From: the human T2T-CHM13v2.0 reference genome, Homo sapiens
NCBI RefSeq assembly: GCF_009914755.1
Contig: NC_060928.1
Length of the DNA: 64,000 nt
Direction: 5' to 3' (one strand)
Position 1 is the first letter of the stretch; every line of letters starts with the position of its first letter. The notes under the pieces were generated by a model. That model was not told the origin of the DNA, did not search any database, and saw only the letters and a program-made list of their open reading frames with translations. This document shows, in pieces, positions 45,791 to 61,630 of this stretch. Position numbers and translations under genes: made by a program.

Positions 45791-48700
45791 TACTTTTATC
45801 TCTTATCTGAAACAATATGAACGTATTATCTTAGTTTCCCAGGTAACTACTTAAGAATGGCAGCTTTTAAAACTCTCATTAAACAGTCAAACAAATGTAC
45901 ATGAAATGCTTACTTTTAAGGGGTCTTAATTCTCAAGTATTAGTGTTTAAAATTAAAACTCCATAGGAGGTATTTGGAAAAAAATACCTTTTCACAAAAC
46001 ATTATCTAATAACTTGTCAGCTTTGGTGGCACATATGCTGAGTCCATATAATCACATAGTTTTTCAACATTTAGGGTATTTATGTAAAACACATTTATGC
46101 ATTGGCATGTGGAATTCTGTTTACTACCTAAGTGCTAAGTGGAATCATATTTAAATGTAAAAATCTTTGCAGAGTGCAGTGTGTTAAAATTACTAATTTT
46201 CATACTAGACACTTCAAAATTTGCATGTATAATTGCATTCCTTCGTGCATATAAAAACCTGGTTTTTGCACTCCTTGCAAAGGTATTTATATGTTTATCT
46301 GTGCACACTCAATGTGTATGCAAACATTTGGATTTACATATATGCATATTTATTGTGTTTACTTCTTGGTATTACATAGTGCACTGTATACATTTTACTT
46401 TTCCTATGATAAGTACATTTATGTTTGACCCTTATCAAGTCTAGAGAAGTCAAATTTGTCATTTGTCCAGAATAACTAAATTTTATGAATATTCTATCTG
46501 TTGAGAATATAGGGGCTGATTTAGCCTAAAAGACTTACAAAATATCAGCTATGAAAAATCTCAGAAACCTACCACTTATTTCTGAAATAGTACAGAAATA
46601 TCAAAAACATACTTAATACACATACAAATTATACTTTGTAATAGTCTTTAATAAAAGGAAAACAACTGGGGAAGAATAAATTAAGGAAATTTCTAGGCCC
46701 AGACACTATTTCTAGTCAACTCTTGAGCTCTGTATAAAATATCAAGTAAAGATACAAAAAAAAAAGAAGTGTCTATTATGTATGACTAGGCATCCACGCA
46801 GAATTTCCCACTCACATATGCTGCCTGAAACATGGAATGTGTCACAGCCATTTTGTGCTCAATTCTTCTAACTATAAAGGCATGGTGTTGTCATAATACA
46901 TATTTAGCTTCTAAGATTGATGGATTGCTTCAGTGAACAAGTTTATACAGCATTTTTTTTCTTATCTGAGTCAATGTTTTCCTCAATACCATGAAGTAAA
47001 TTAAAATAGAGTGTTTAAATCTACTGCTTGTGATAAAGAAGACCAAATCTTATTCTAATAAATGTGAAATGCAGCTTGTCACGTTCCTTTCACTCTGTAG
47101 AAATGCTACCACAAGGCTTTGCCAGTTAAGTCTAATATGTTGACATTTATTTTTGCTGCAATAAATGTTAGGATTATATTTTTGCATTAAATTCTGGCAT
47201 TTTTAAAAGATCACGATGACAAGTAATTTATTCCTCAAATCATTCTGGTTTGTTTTTACTTTTTGAATATGGATTTGGCCATGTGTCTCCAAGGCACAGT
47301 ACAAAGCATATTTCATGTTTTGCAACCTATTAGTTTGATTTAAATCCACTTTTTCCATCTGGATTTATGCAAGCCTTCCTTGATGTTATTTGCTCTGAAT
47401 TATTGCCCAGAAATAATCACACTGAATCCAATTTTACACTGGCTGTGTGGCCTACCAAGTCTGTCACTGTAAAGCTTTAAGGTTTTTATAGTTTGTTTCA
47501 ATGAAGGCAATTTCTCAAATATTCTACATATAAATATGTAATATACTGTTTTGACACTCATTTAAGAAATTTTCCTCTACCCTGTCTTAAAAATGGAGTG
47601 AATATGATGACGTATCTTAGAAACTAAAATTGTTACAAAGTAGAACAACCCAATACATAAAAATAATAGATTGTGCATATTTAATATAAAACCTACATAG
47701 AATATTTTGGGTCAATCTAAATGTAATTTGAATCAAAACCTCAAAGATGAGTAATTTAGTGTTGAAAGCATTGATACATTTCTTTTTGCACTTTGAAGAT
47801 TTATTCTTTTTAGTAATACAACAGCTAAAAAGCAATGTATGTTCAAGTTGCATCTTTTTTCCCCTGTATTTTTATAAGGTTGACTCTTTCTCTAATCTGA
47901 GTGAATTGAAGAGTGAAATAGATTACTTTTCAAGGTAGGTAATAAATACAGATAATCCAGACAAAAAACTTGGTCTTTTGTTTTTTTCTCTCGCATTGGT
48001 AGATAGTTTTGGTCTATAACCATCAAGGGAAAAAAGCCTCAAATTTTTTACACATATTTAGTCATTATTTTTCATTGTGCTTAAGAAAGAACATGAATTG
48101 TTTAAAAAGTACCATATTGTAGTAGACAGCTGAGAGTTTTCAGCCTCATATAAAAATCCTGAAATTTTTTATTGGTTAATTTACACAGTAAATACGTGGG
48201 TAGTTGTTCGTACCTACGCAGGTCTAATTTGCATTCTGACTGCTACTGAGAAAGTTCAGACTACTAAACATTTGCTAACTATAAATATTCAAGTTGGCAA
48301 TCATTTTTGGAAAATAGCTTGTGGGTTTTTTTTGGTGATAAGCTTGTGTTCAGCCTCTTCTGTTGTATGATTAGAATCAAAATCTATATTAAAGGGTTTT
48401 TGAGTATGAATTCAAATATTTTAAAAATATCCCTAAGAAAAAGAAAGATGAAAGTTAAACAACATTCTAAATTTCAAGTTCAGACTCTCTCTCTATTTCT
48501 TTGGAAGAAATGACTTGGCAAGGTAAAAGAGAAAGCAACGTCCTGAATGCTTCTAATAGGGATAACATCTCACACTATTGAGGTCAAATAGACACAGGTA
48601 AAGTGAAATGGAGAAATGAGGTAATTATTCATGTAATCTTAGACTTAAAAAGAAAGCTTTCAGTCAAACTATTTAAAAAATTGAGAAAATGTCCCCTTCA

Positions 48701-49587
48701 TCTTGACTTATTTAAATAATTATCTTAATTCACCTCTTCGTCTTTGTCCCATAGATAAAATGCCTTTTCATATTAAAATCTATACAACTACATTATTAGG
48801 ATATATTAAGTAAAAGTCTATCTCATTATCATATATTTGGAGATGATCGTTTAATCTACGTGCCTCAACATTCTCTTCTGCAAGCTGGAACAACATTTCT
48901 AGATATTGTGGGAAATGCAAAGGATTAACAAATTAACTGTAAATAAACCAAGGCATTATTAGAAACACTGTATAAACTATCAGTGAATTATCCTTTACTT
49001 TAAATAAAAGTTTATGAAAATTGAAATTGTTATAATTGTATGGAAATTGTAAGTTTTAAATATACCATTTAGAGATAAGGATTGAAATCATTTATGCATT
49101 AAATCTTTAAAACCTTGGATCATTTTTATATGACATTCAGAAAAGACAACAATGTGTGCTAGGCTGGTATGACAGTAAAAAGGAATAGATATAACTTTTT
49201 AAAAATCGATAATATATTCTTTAGATTGCACAGCAAAATGATGCTTTGTATTAGCAAAAGAAATGTGTCAAGCACTAAATGTATTCTACCAAACAAAGAG
49301 AAAGCAAGACAATTGTTTATATTTTAAATAGATTTAAATAAATCTAGTTTATATAAAAATAATTACTACTTTTGTAGATAAAAGATGTCATGCTTATACA
49401 AAATAAAATAATGAAGGCTTTATGGAAGACATAGAACTTGGACTAAGTTTTTAAAGAAGTAGAAAACAGGATCAAAGATTTTGAAGAGCAATTATCTAGA
49501 TTAGCTTTTAAGTCATTGACTGAATAATTTCTTGGAAATGGAGAATCTCTTTGTGAGAAAATAGGTGGAAGTAGATTAGAAAAACTA

Positions 49588-49871
<284 letters not shown>

Positions 49872-49935
49872 TCATTTATAAACAATGAAAAATCACTTAA
49901 TATTAATGAGTGCAGAGAGTAATTAATCTGTTGGG

Positions 49936-50043
49936 TATATATATGTATATATATATATATGGGTATATATATGTGTATATATATATGTGTGTATATATAT
50001 GTGTATATATATATGTGTGTGTGTATATATATATATATATATG
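49936..50043. repeat. (TA)n/(TG)n compound microsatellite
   Basis: Seen directly. Confidence 0.95.
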
Positions 50044-53000
50044 CTGATATAAATGCTGAGAAAACTCATAATCAAAACATATCTTAATAGTCAATGCCTA
50101 AGTTGGTGAGGATCTGACCAAATGTGTTATCAGTGATGGAGCAGTAAAAATAAATCAATTAGATAGAAACATTTTTTATGACTTCAATTTAAACATTAAA
50201 GAATCTCCATGTTAAAAATAAAATTAGAAACATTAAAACTACAGATACCTTCTGTAAGGACGTAGCTGGCTTTAAAAAAGTTAATCATTAGGATGAAGCA
50301 AACTGAGTAATGTTGGTACCTGGAATTAGATCTTCCAGCTGTTTGAGACTGCAGCTTCGGAGATAAGCAGCGATGAATGTCAAAGACTTGGTGACAGAGT
50401 GCATCTAATTGTGTAATTGGTGGAGAATTGATAGCAGAGTAAAGGATGTCCTTAAAGGCAAGGACAGGTCAGAAGGAGAAATCCTGCAACATGGATATGT
50501 ACAGACACAATCAGGTACAAGGTGGTAGAAGAGACATCTCCTAGTGAGTGTTAGGAGCCCAGAATTGGACAGGACTCAACTCTCCTGAGTTTATTCCGAA
50601 ATAATCAAGACTGGATTCCAACCGTCAAGGATCTAGCCTGGTAAGAGTATTTCTAAGTGAGGGACTTGGACACAGGGGAATAAGGTAAAAATTGATTACC
50701 CTTTCCAAGTAAAACATGAGGACAACATGTAAGGAACAAATGTGATGCTTGGCCTTTTGAGTTAATATCCTGTGAAGAAACTCAGTGTTAGCCCAGTTTT
50801 AAATCCTCCTTTCCCAAGCTTGGGTACTCAGGCAAAATTGACCCAGCAGCTGGAAATCAAGGGGTACTCACTATGAGGAGGACAAAAAGGCAAATACATC
50901 CATGAGAACTTCCCCAACATAGCTAGAATGGCCAACATTCAAATTCAGGAAATGAAGACAACCAAATAAGATACTCCATGAGAAGATCACTCCTAAGACA
51001 CATAATCATCAGATTCTCCAAGATCAAAATGAAAGAAAAAATGTTAAAGGCACTTAGAGAAAAAGGCCAGATCATCTACAAAAGGAAGCCCATCATGCTA
51101 ACAGAACTCTCAGCTGAAATCCTACAAGCCAGAGGAGAATGGGAACCAATATTTAACATTTTTAAAGAAAAGAAATTCCAACCCAGAATTTTATATTCAA
51201 CCTAACTAAACTTCATCAGCAAAGGAGAAATAAAATCCATTTCAAACAAGCAACCGCTGGGGGAATCTGTTACTACCAAACCTGCCTTATGAGAACTCCT
51301 AAAGAAAGCAGTAAATATGGAAAGGAAAGGCCGTTAACTGCCAGTACAAAAACACACTGAAGTACACAAACCAGTGACATTGTAGAGCAACCACGTAAAC
51401 AAGGCTGAAAAAAAAAATCATGAAGACAGGATCAAATCCATCCACACATATCAATACTAACCTTAAATGTAAATGGGTGAAATGCCCTATTTAAAAGACA
51501 AAGTGGCAAGCTGGATAAAGAACCAGAACCCATTGTTATGATGCCTTCAAGAGACCCATTGCACATGCAGTGACACACATAGGCTAAAATAAAGGGATGG
51601 ATAAAAATCTTCCAAGCAAATGGAAAACAGACAAAATAGCAAGAGTTGCAATTATAGTTTCTAACAAAACAGACTTTAACAAAGATAAAGGAGAAGACAA
51701 AGAAGGTAATTACATAATGGTAAAGAGTTCAATTCAGCAAGAAAATCTAACCATCCTAAATATATATGTACCCAACACAGAAGCACCCAGATTCATAAAG
51801 CAAGTTCTTAGAGATCTTCAAAGAAACTGTGACTCCCACACAATAACAGTGGGAGGCTTTAACACTTCATTAACATTATTAGACAGATCATAAACAGAAA
51901 ATTAACAAAGATATACAGGATCTGAATACAGCACTGCATCAAATGGACATAATAGATATATACAAAATTCTTCACACCAAACAACAGAATATACATTCTT
52001 CTCATCACTACGTGGAAAATACTCTAAAACTGATCACATAACTGGAAGTAAAACAACCCTCAGAAAATGCCAAAGAACTGAAATCATAACAGACAGTGTC
52101 TTGGACGACAACACAATCAAATTAAAAATTAATACTAAGAAATTCACTTAAAACCATACAGTTACGTGAAAATTGAATAACCTGCTCCTGAATGACTTTG
52201 GGGTAAATAATGAAATTAAGGCAGAAATCAAGAAGTTTATTGAAACTAATGAGAACAAAGATACAACCATGGCAGAATCTTTGGGACATAGCTAAGATTA
52301 TCCACCATGATCAAATTGGCTTCATCCCCAGGATGCAAGGTTGGTTGAACATATGCAAATCAATAAAGGTGATTCATCACATAAGAAGAAAAAAAGACAA
52401 AAACCACATGATTATCTCAATAGATGCAGAAAAGTATTTCAATAAAATTCAACATCCTTTTATGTTAAAAACTCTCAATAAACTAAGTATTGCAAGAACA
52501 TACCTCAAAAAAATAAGAGCCATATATGACAAACCCACAGCCCCAACATCATACTGAATGGGCATAAACTGGAATCCTTCCCCTTGAAAACCAGCACAAG
52601 ACAAGTATACCCTCTCAGCACTCCTATTTGACACAGTATTGGAAGTTCTGGCCAGGGCAATCAGACAAGAGAAAGAAAAAAGGGCATCCAAATAGGAACA
52701 GAGGAAGTCAAACTATACCTTTTGCAGATGACATGATTCTATATGTAGAAAATTCCATTGACTCTGCCCAAAAGGTATTTGAGCTCTCAAATAATTTTAG
52801 CAAATTTTCAGGGTACAAAATCAATGTACAAAAATCAGTGACACCCCTGTACACCAACAACCTCTAAGTTGAGAGCAAAATCAGAAACACAATCCCATTT
52901 ATACTTGATGCAAAAAAATGAAATACTGAGGAGTACAGCTAACATGGAAGTGAAATATCGCTACAGTGAGAAATACAATGCACTGCTCTAGGAAATCAAA

Positions 53001-53169
53001 GATGATACAAACAAATGACAAAAACAGTTCATGCTCATGGATAGGAATAATCAATATCGTTAAAATTATCATACTGCCCAAAGCAATTTAGAGATTCAAT
53101 GATATGCCTATTTACATAGCATCAACAGTCTTCCCAGAACTAGAAAAAACTGTTTTAAAATTCATATGG

Positions 53170-53622
<453 letters not shown>

Positions 53623-54223
53623 AAAACCTCATATGGAATCAATAAAGAGCCCAAATAGCCAAGACAATCCTAAACAAAAAGCACAAAGTTGGAGGCATCA
53701 TGCTACCTGATTTCAAACTATACTATAGGGCTACAGTAACCAAAACAGCATGATATTGGTACAAAAACTAACACATAGACCAATGGAACAGAATAAAGAA
53801 CCCAGAAGTAAGACCACACACCTCCAACTATCTGAGCTTTAAATAACCTGACAAAAACAGGCAATGGGGAAAGGATTCCCTACTCAATAAGTGGTGCTGT
53901 GATGACTGGCTAGCCATACGCAGCAAATTAAAACTGGACCCCATTCTTACACCACATACAAAAAGTAACTGTGGATAGATTAAATGCTTAAATGTAAAAC
54001 CCAAAACTATAAAACCCCATGAAGACAACCTAGGCAATACCATTCAGGCCATAAGCATGGGCAAAGATTTCATGGTGAAGATGCCAAAAGCAATTGCAAT
54101 GAAAGCAAAATTGACAAATGGGATGTAATAATCTAAACAGCTTCTGAACAGAGAAATAAACTATAAACAGAGTAAAGAGACAACCAACAGAATTGGAGAA
54201 AATGTTTGCAAACTATGCGTCTA

Positions 54224-54603
<380 letters not shown>

Positions 54604-54928
54604 TCATTAGAGAAATGCAAGCCAGAACCACGAAGAGATACAGTCTCATACCAGTTAGCATGGGAGTTATGAAAAAGTCAAAAAATCACATATGTTGGCA
54701 TGGTTGTGGAAAAAATGCTTATGCACTGTTGGTGGGAGTGTAAATTAGTTCAACCACTGTGGAAGACAGTGTGGCAATTCCTCAAAGACCTACAGATGGA
54801 AATACCATTTAAACGAATAATCCCATTACTGGGTATGTACCCAAAGAAATATAAATCATTGTGTTATAAAGACATATGCGTAAATAGTTCATTGCAACGC
54901 TATTTACAATAGCAACGACATGGAATCA

Positions 54929-55289
<361 letters not shown>

Positions 55290-55974
55290 GACTGGATAAA
55301 GAAAATGTAGTATTTATACACCACGGACTACTATTGCAGCCATAAAGAATAAGATCATGTCCTTTGCAGATGCATGGGTGGAATTAGAGGTCATTATCCT
55401 TAGCAAACTAACACAGGAGCAGGAAACCAAACACTATATGTTCTCACTTATAAGTGGGAGCTAGATGATGAGAAAACATGGACACAAAGAGTGGAACAAC
55501 ACACACTGGGGCCTACTGGAGGCTTGAGGGTAGGAGGACGAAGAGGATCAGGAAAAATAACTAATGGGTAGTAGTTTAATATCTGGGTGATGAAATAATC
55601 TGCCCACAAACCCTCATCACACAAGTTTACCTGTGTAATAAATCTGCACATGTACCCCTGAACTTTAAACAAAAGTTAAAATTAATGTCAGATACTGGGA
55701 ACTGACAGAATGCCTTGTACCTCTGGATACACGTGGAGAATATTTTAGAGCACCATTGGAAAGAATGCAGGGTTTCGCATGCTACTTAATGATTCCTTGT
55801 TTGGCAATACTGTGAGCAACTTTTTATCATATGTGAAGTCCCACTCTTGAACATTCTGTTGACTATGATTTTAATTTACCTTTTTTTACTAGCTTTAAAA
55901 ATAGTGAACGAGGTTGAGGGTTCATCAGCATTTATATCCGGTAAGATAAACTAAATGCCTTCCATGTTTAAATA

Positions 55975-56260
55975 CATTTATTTATTCATTTATTAAATAA
56001 ATGTCTACTCATGACTGGCTGTGGTTCAGTTACTATGTTAGACTTTGGAAATCTTCTATGTCTCAAAATTTTTAGTGAGATTTTAATCTGCAGTACAATT
56101 TTTGTGATACCTTCTACAATGATAAGAAGAACAGACAAAATCTATAAGAGCTTAAAATCTAATTGGAGAAACATACAATAAACAAATAATTACACATATA
56201 AAAGTATAAACTATAATAAGTGCTATGTAATAACAATTCTAGGTGCCAAAATTGTCAATA
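55975..56260 (-). mobile_element. L2 3' fragment
   Basis: CATTTATTTATTCATTTATT..GAACAGACAAAATC..GAGCTTAAAATCTAATTGGAGA..AATAAGTGCTATG. Confidence 0.55.
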
Positions 56261-56446
56261 AATTTTTGAATTTCAACTGGGTCCAAAGCCATTCAGTGAG
56301 GTTCTATATTTTCCAGCACCTCTTGTAGATAAATGAGGATATGAGTTGAGTTTTATTCAATGGGAGATTTTTGTTTAACCCAACATATTGTGGGCCTAAC
56401 CTATACCCTAACTTTGAAGCTAAGAAGCTCTTGTAGATTAAAGGTT

Positions 56447-56449
<3 letters not shown>

Positions 56450-56490
<41 letters not shown>
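56450..56490. repeat. (CA)n microsatellite, ~20 units
   Basis: Seen directly. Confidence 0.97.
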
Positions 56491-56491
<1 letters not shown>

Positions 56492-57618
56492 TTAAAAATA
56501 CTTTATGAAAGCAATAGATTCTGTTTTTTCTTTTTCTGACACTGATTGTCTTTGGACACTGATTCTCTTTTATATGTTGTTTTTGTTATTTATTAATAGT
56601 TATTTATAACAATCTATCCTACAGATATAATTTTAAAAATCAGGATAATGTTAAGAGTATTGGTGAACTAATGACACATAATTTAAAAATATTTAATGGC
56701 TACATATTATTGTTAAAATTTAAATCTAAATGCAACTATAGCTTTTTGATAGACATTTGAGAGATTATAAACTGGAATACCACAAATTCTACCAAACATT
56801 ACACTTATCAAGTGTATTAAAATAAATGTCATATAAATTTCCTGCCATTATAGCTGAAATGGACTTTAATTCCACTTCTCTTGTGATAATTTATTTCTTT
56901 ACTCCTTTTAGGATGTCTGGCCAGCTGTCTTGGACATCTAACGTCATGAGAAGCTAGCTGAAAATCTCATTTTTATAGGCACTCTGGGTAACTCTTTTCT
57001 TGAAAATAAATGGTAGATACTGGGAATTGACAGAATGCCTAATACCAAATCAAGTATCATATTATATATATAATCCTTTATATCTCCTAGAACAATAAGT
57101 GTTTTTGAAACGGAATATGACAGTGAATATTAAATTGTTAGATGGACATATTTATAAACATAGAGGACTCCTTTCTAGAGTTCTCCATAATCTGGTACTA
57201 AATTGCAAGGGGTCTTTTCTGAGTTAATTCACTCATTTATTCAACTTATTTTTCTTTTTAGGATTTTACTGAATCTAACCACTATGACAAGATACTAAAA
57301 ATATTTTTAAAAACTTCAACGGAAATTTGAAAATATATTCACGAAGATATAACCTCTGAAGACATTTGAGAAATCTTATTTGCAAAATCTTTTTATGAAG
57401 AATCTTTTTTCATGTACAGAGAACAGGCAAATAAATAGGAACTAATCTTAAAACATAATAATTTTGTATTGCAGGAAGTTTATGATGTTCTGGGAATATC
57501 TAGTAAAAATATTTGACTTAGCATAGAGCTTTCATGGATATTTCTAGAAGAAAATTACACTTAACAACTAAAAGATAATTAGGAGTTGTGAAAGGAGGAA
57601 AAGAAAGAGAACTCCAGA

Positions 57619-57923
<305 letters not shown>

Positions 57924-57979
57924 GAACTCCAGAAAGAAATATTAATTTTTAATAACAACAACTAAATAACAATATCAAA

Positions 57980-59050
57980 GAACCCTGAAGTTGAGAGAGA
58001 AATCATGACAAAATAAAGAAAAAGAGCAGTATATGGCTAATGTGTTAAGTAGAATGTTGAAAGACCCTAAATAGATATGCTTGAAGCCACATCACAAAGA
58101 ATCTTGTAAGACATGTTAAGAACTTCAAGTATTTCTCTGAAGACAAGAGACAGGGTTTACTTTAAGGATCACAAGGACCGTCGGTGAGAAGTGACTCAGG
58201 AGCAGAGAAGAGATAGAAAGGCTTTTCTTAGATCAAGTAAATATCATGGTGACCTACTAGCCTAAGAAAATAGTGGTAAAGATGAGGAATGAGGATATTC
58301 AACACCTATTTAGGAGACAGAATGATGAGGGCTTGATGATTTATTGCATGTGAACACTGAAAAAGAAGGAAAATTTTCTCTCAATTTAATAATTTTGGTT
58401 AGTTCAGCAGAGGGGAAGAAATAATTTCAAATATTTTAATGTTTGAAATATTTGTTTCCAGATGTTTTGAGACAGTGATATGAAGGTTCTGAATAGAAAA
58501 GTGGATATGCAACTCCAGATCTCAAGAAAAAGTGATGAACTAAATTTTAAATTTGGAAATAACATATAGATTATAATTGAAACCAAAGTACTGGGTAGGG
58601 TAACATTCAGGATAATTGCATGGTTGCAAACAATGAAAGCCTAAATTTGAGTCCCTGTCATTTCTGATATTTAAAAATTTGTTTGAGGATTACAAGAAAC
58701 AAGCAAAAGAGATGGAAAAGGAGAGTACAAGATGAAAGAGAAAACCTGGGTAATCTCACGGAATCCAAAAGTAGCTATCAGTTTTGGAGTCTCTGTCAAA
58801 GTCACAATCTTTTTTTTATTTTCCATCACCCAAGTTTATGGGACACAAATACAAGAATACAGGTAAATATTTTCATAATTTCCATCAGAAATTGCAACAA
58901 GGATTAGGAAAAAAAATGCCTCAGGTAGAAAATAGTAAGTGTATTGAATTCTCGTGGGCGGGAAAAATAAAAAAGGAAAGGAATTAAAAGGGCTCATTTG
59001 ATTTAGTACAAAAGAAACTTTGGATATTTTAGTGTAACTTGTTTCAATGA
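57980..59050 (-). mobile_element. Degraded L2
   Basis: Purine-rich L2 antisense motifs (GTGGTAAAGATGAGG, CAGTGATATGAAGGTTCTG, GTTTCAATGAAG). Confidence 0.5.
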
Positions 59051-59639
59051 AGCTGTGTATTAAGGACTAAGTCCATTATCTCATCTTCATGAGAACATCG
59101 CTTATTTGATACCAACATAATGCCATCATTAGATTCCCCAAGTGTTAGTACAGGAGATGTGACAAAATCTGCTAGCTTGGTTGAGGGAGCCCATCCAGAA
59201 AATTCTGGGGCTTCTAGGTGAGAAAGACATTCTGAGTAGTTAGCAAGACAGTTATCAGCAAGTTATCTAACAAAACAAGAAAAACAACCTATGATCAATA
59301 TTTCATAAGCACTTTCCAAGAACATTCTCAATTTTGGGGGTGGAGGAAAAACATCAGATATAGTATTGATAATGATCTTTTTGGTAATTAATTAATGACA
59401 GTTAAGTAGCTCTGTTTTCAGTTGCAGACAACTGCCTTTCTCCTGTATCTAATTTCTTATATCTCTTTTTTAATTTATCATAAGTTCATATTCTCTAATG
59501 TTTTATTCTTACTAGTATTCCTACTTTTTTCTATTTTATCTATGTTTAACATAGTATATGGAAAGAGAGGAAGGTAGAACAATGACCTATAGAAGTTACA
59601 TGATCATATTTTTTGGAATCATATTTCTGGAAAATATGT

Positions 59640-61630
59640 TTTTTCATCTTTACTAAGATATAATGTGCATACTATGCACTATAAAATTTTCTTCCTTAAA
59701 GTAGAATTCAGTGTCTTTGTATATACTCATAAAGATAGATAAATCTCCATTATCACAATCAATTTTAGAACATTTTATTTCTCCATAAAGAAGCCGCATA
59801 CCTCTTTACCAATAATTCCTCACTCTATTTCCCCCTAACACTTGGAAAACCATCAATTTATGTCTCTATAGATTTGCCTTTTCCAGATATTTTATATGTG
59901 TGGAATCATACACTATACAGGATATTAGACTGCCTTCTTTAACTTTGCCTACTGTTTTCAAGGCTCATCCATGTTGTAGTTGTGCATTTATACTTCCCTT
60001 ATTTTATTACTGATTAATACTCCATTGTAAGCCTACATCACATTTTAGTTATTTCATATATCCATTATTCAGTTAATGGGCATTTGAGTTTTAGATATTA
60101 TGAATAATACTGCTCTGAACATTAGCGTACAAGCTTTTGTGTGGACTATGTTACCATTTCTCTTGAATATGTATGTATTAATGAAATTGCTAGGTCAAAT
60201 GGCAACTGTATGTTTGACACATTGAAGAAACGGTTACTAAACTGTTTTTTTTTTTTTTGTGCGACTGCACCATTTCACATCCTCAGCAGGAATATACTGG
60301 GGTCCAATTTCTCTATATCTTTGACTTCAGTTATCTGTCTTTTTTGATTATATCCATTCAAGTGTGTGTGAGTGGATTCTAGTTGTTGTTCAGATTTACA
60401 TAGCTCTACTGGATAATAGTATTGAACATTTCTGTGTGTGTGTTTGTGTTATTGGTCATTTATATACTTTATTTTGAGAAATTTATAAGGACATTCTTTA
60501 CCTATTTTTACATTATATTAATTAAATTCTTTACCTATTTTTACATTATAGCTTTATTATTGAATCGTAAGAGTTCTTTATATATTTTGGATATAATTCC
60601 TTGTTGGATATAGTATTTGAAAATACATTATCCCATTATTTGCTTTGTGTGTTAAGTTATTGATGGTATTGTTTGCCATGTAAAAGTTGAGATTTTTATT
60701 TTTATTAAGTCCATTTTGTCTATTTTTAAAGTTTTCTTTGGTACTTTTAGTATTGTATCTAGTAAGCTCTGATTAACCCCAGTCAAAATTTACTTCTATG
60801 ATTTCATATAAGAGTTTTATAGTTTTTATTTGTGCATTACTTATATTGTTCATTTTGAGTTAATTTTTGTGTGTGGTGTATGTAAAATGTCCATGGTGTC
60901 CTTGTTGGAAATCAGTTAACCAAAAGTATAAGGGTTTATTTCTAGACTCTCAATTCTGTCCATTTGTCTATGTCTATCCTTCTGCCAGTACCATACATTC
61001 TTGATTACTGTAGCTTTGTAATATGTTTTGAAATTGGGAAGTATTATTCCTCTATCTTTGTTCTTTTTTAAAGATTCTTTTGGCTGTTCTTGGTTCCTTG
61101 CATTTCTATATGAGTTTTAATATAACTTGACAATTTCTGGAAAAATGCCAGTTGAGATTTTGATAGGGCTTGAGTTGAATGTGTAGATTAATTTGAGGAG
61201 ATTTGCTATTTTTTGGCAATATTTTTAGGTGAGTTGGTGGGAAGGCAAGGGTGGGATAAATACTGGGGATCTGTCCTTTTCAGTGAGAAACTATAGCCCT
61301 AGATTGGACTTTCTGTGGAGAGAGACCTCTGGTTTGTTGGGTGAACCCTTTCATAGTAGAGCTTCCATCTAATTGATGTAAGGGAATAATAGAAATTGGA
61401 TTATGGTCAAATGTCCCAAACTTTTATTAATTCTGAGGTTTAGTAAATTATCATGAGTGATGATTTCTCCATTTGTTGTATGTCCTTATGGTAATTTACT
61501 TAAATATACTTTAAATGATTGTTTTGTTTGTTTGGGTTTTTTTTTTTCCATTTTGTGGTTTTCATCTATTATGGTTGTTTCCACTGACGAATTAGTCCAC
61601 AGAGCACCTCTAGCCACCATACCAGAACAA
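59640..61630 (-). mobile_element. Old L1 (L1MC/MD/ME-type) 3' portion plus an adjoining 5' relic
   Basis: CACAATCAATTTTAGAACATTTT, GATTTGCCTTTTCCAGATATTT, GCCAGTACCATACATTCTTGATTACTGTAGCTTTG. Confidence 0.8.

Noticed and set aside
48193-48220. Small hairpin TACGTGGGTA..TACCTACGCA next to an ATTTGCAT octamer
   Set aside because: An imperfect 10-bp stem is expected by chance in 64 kb; too short for a miRNA and no snRNA body is present.
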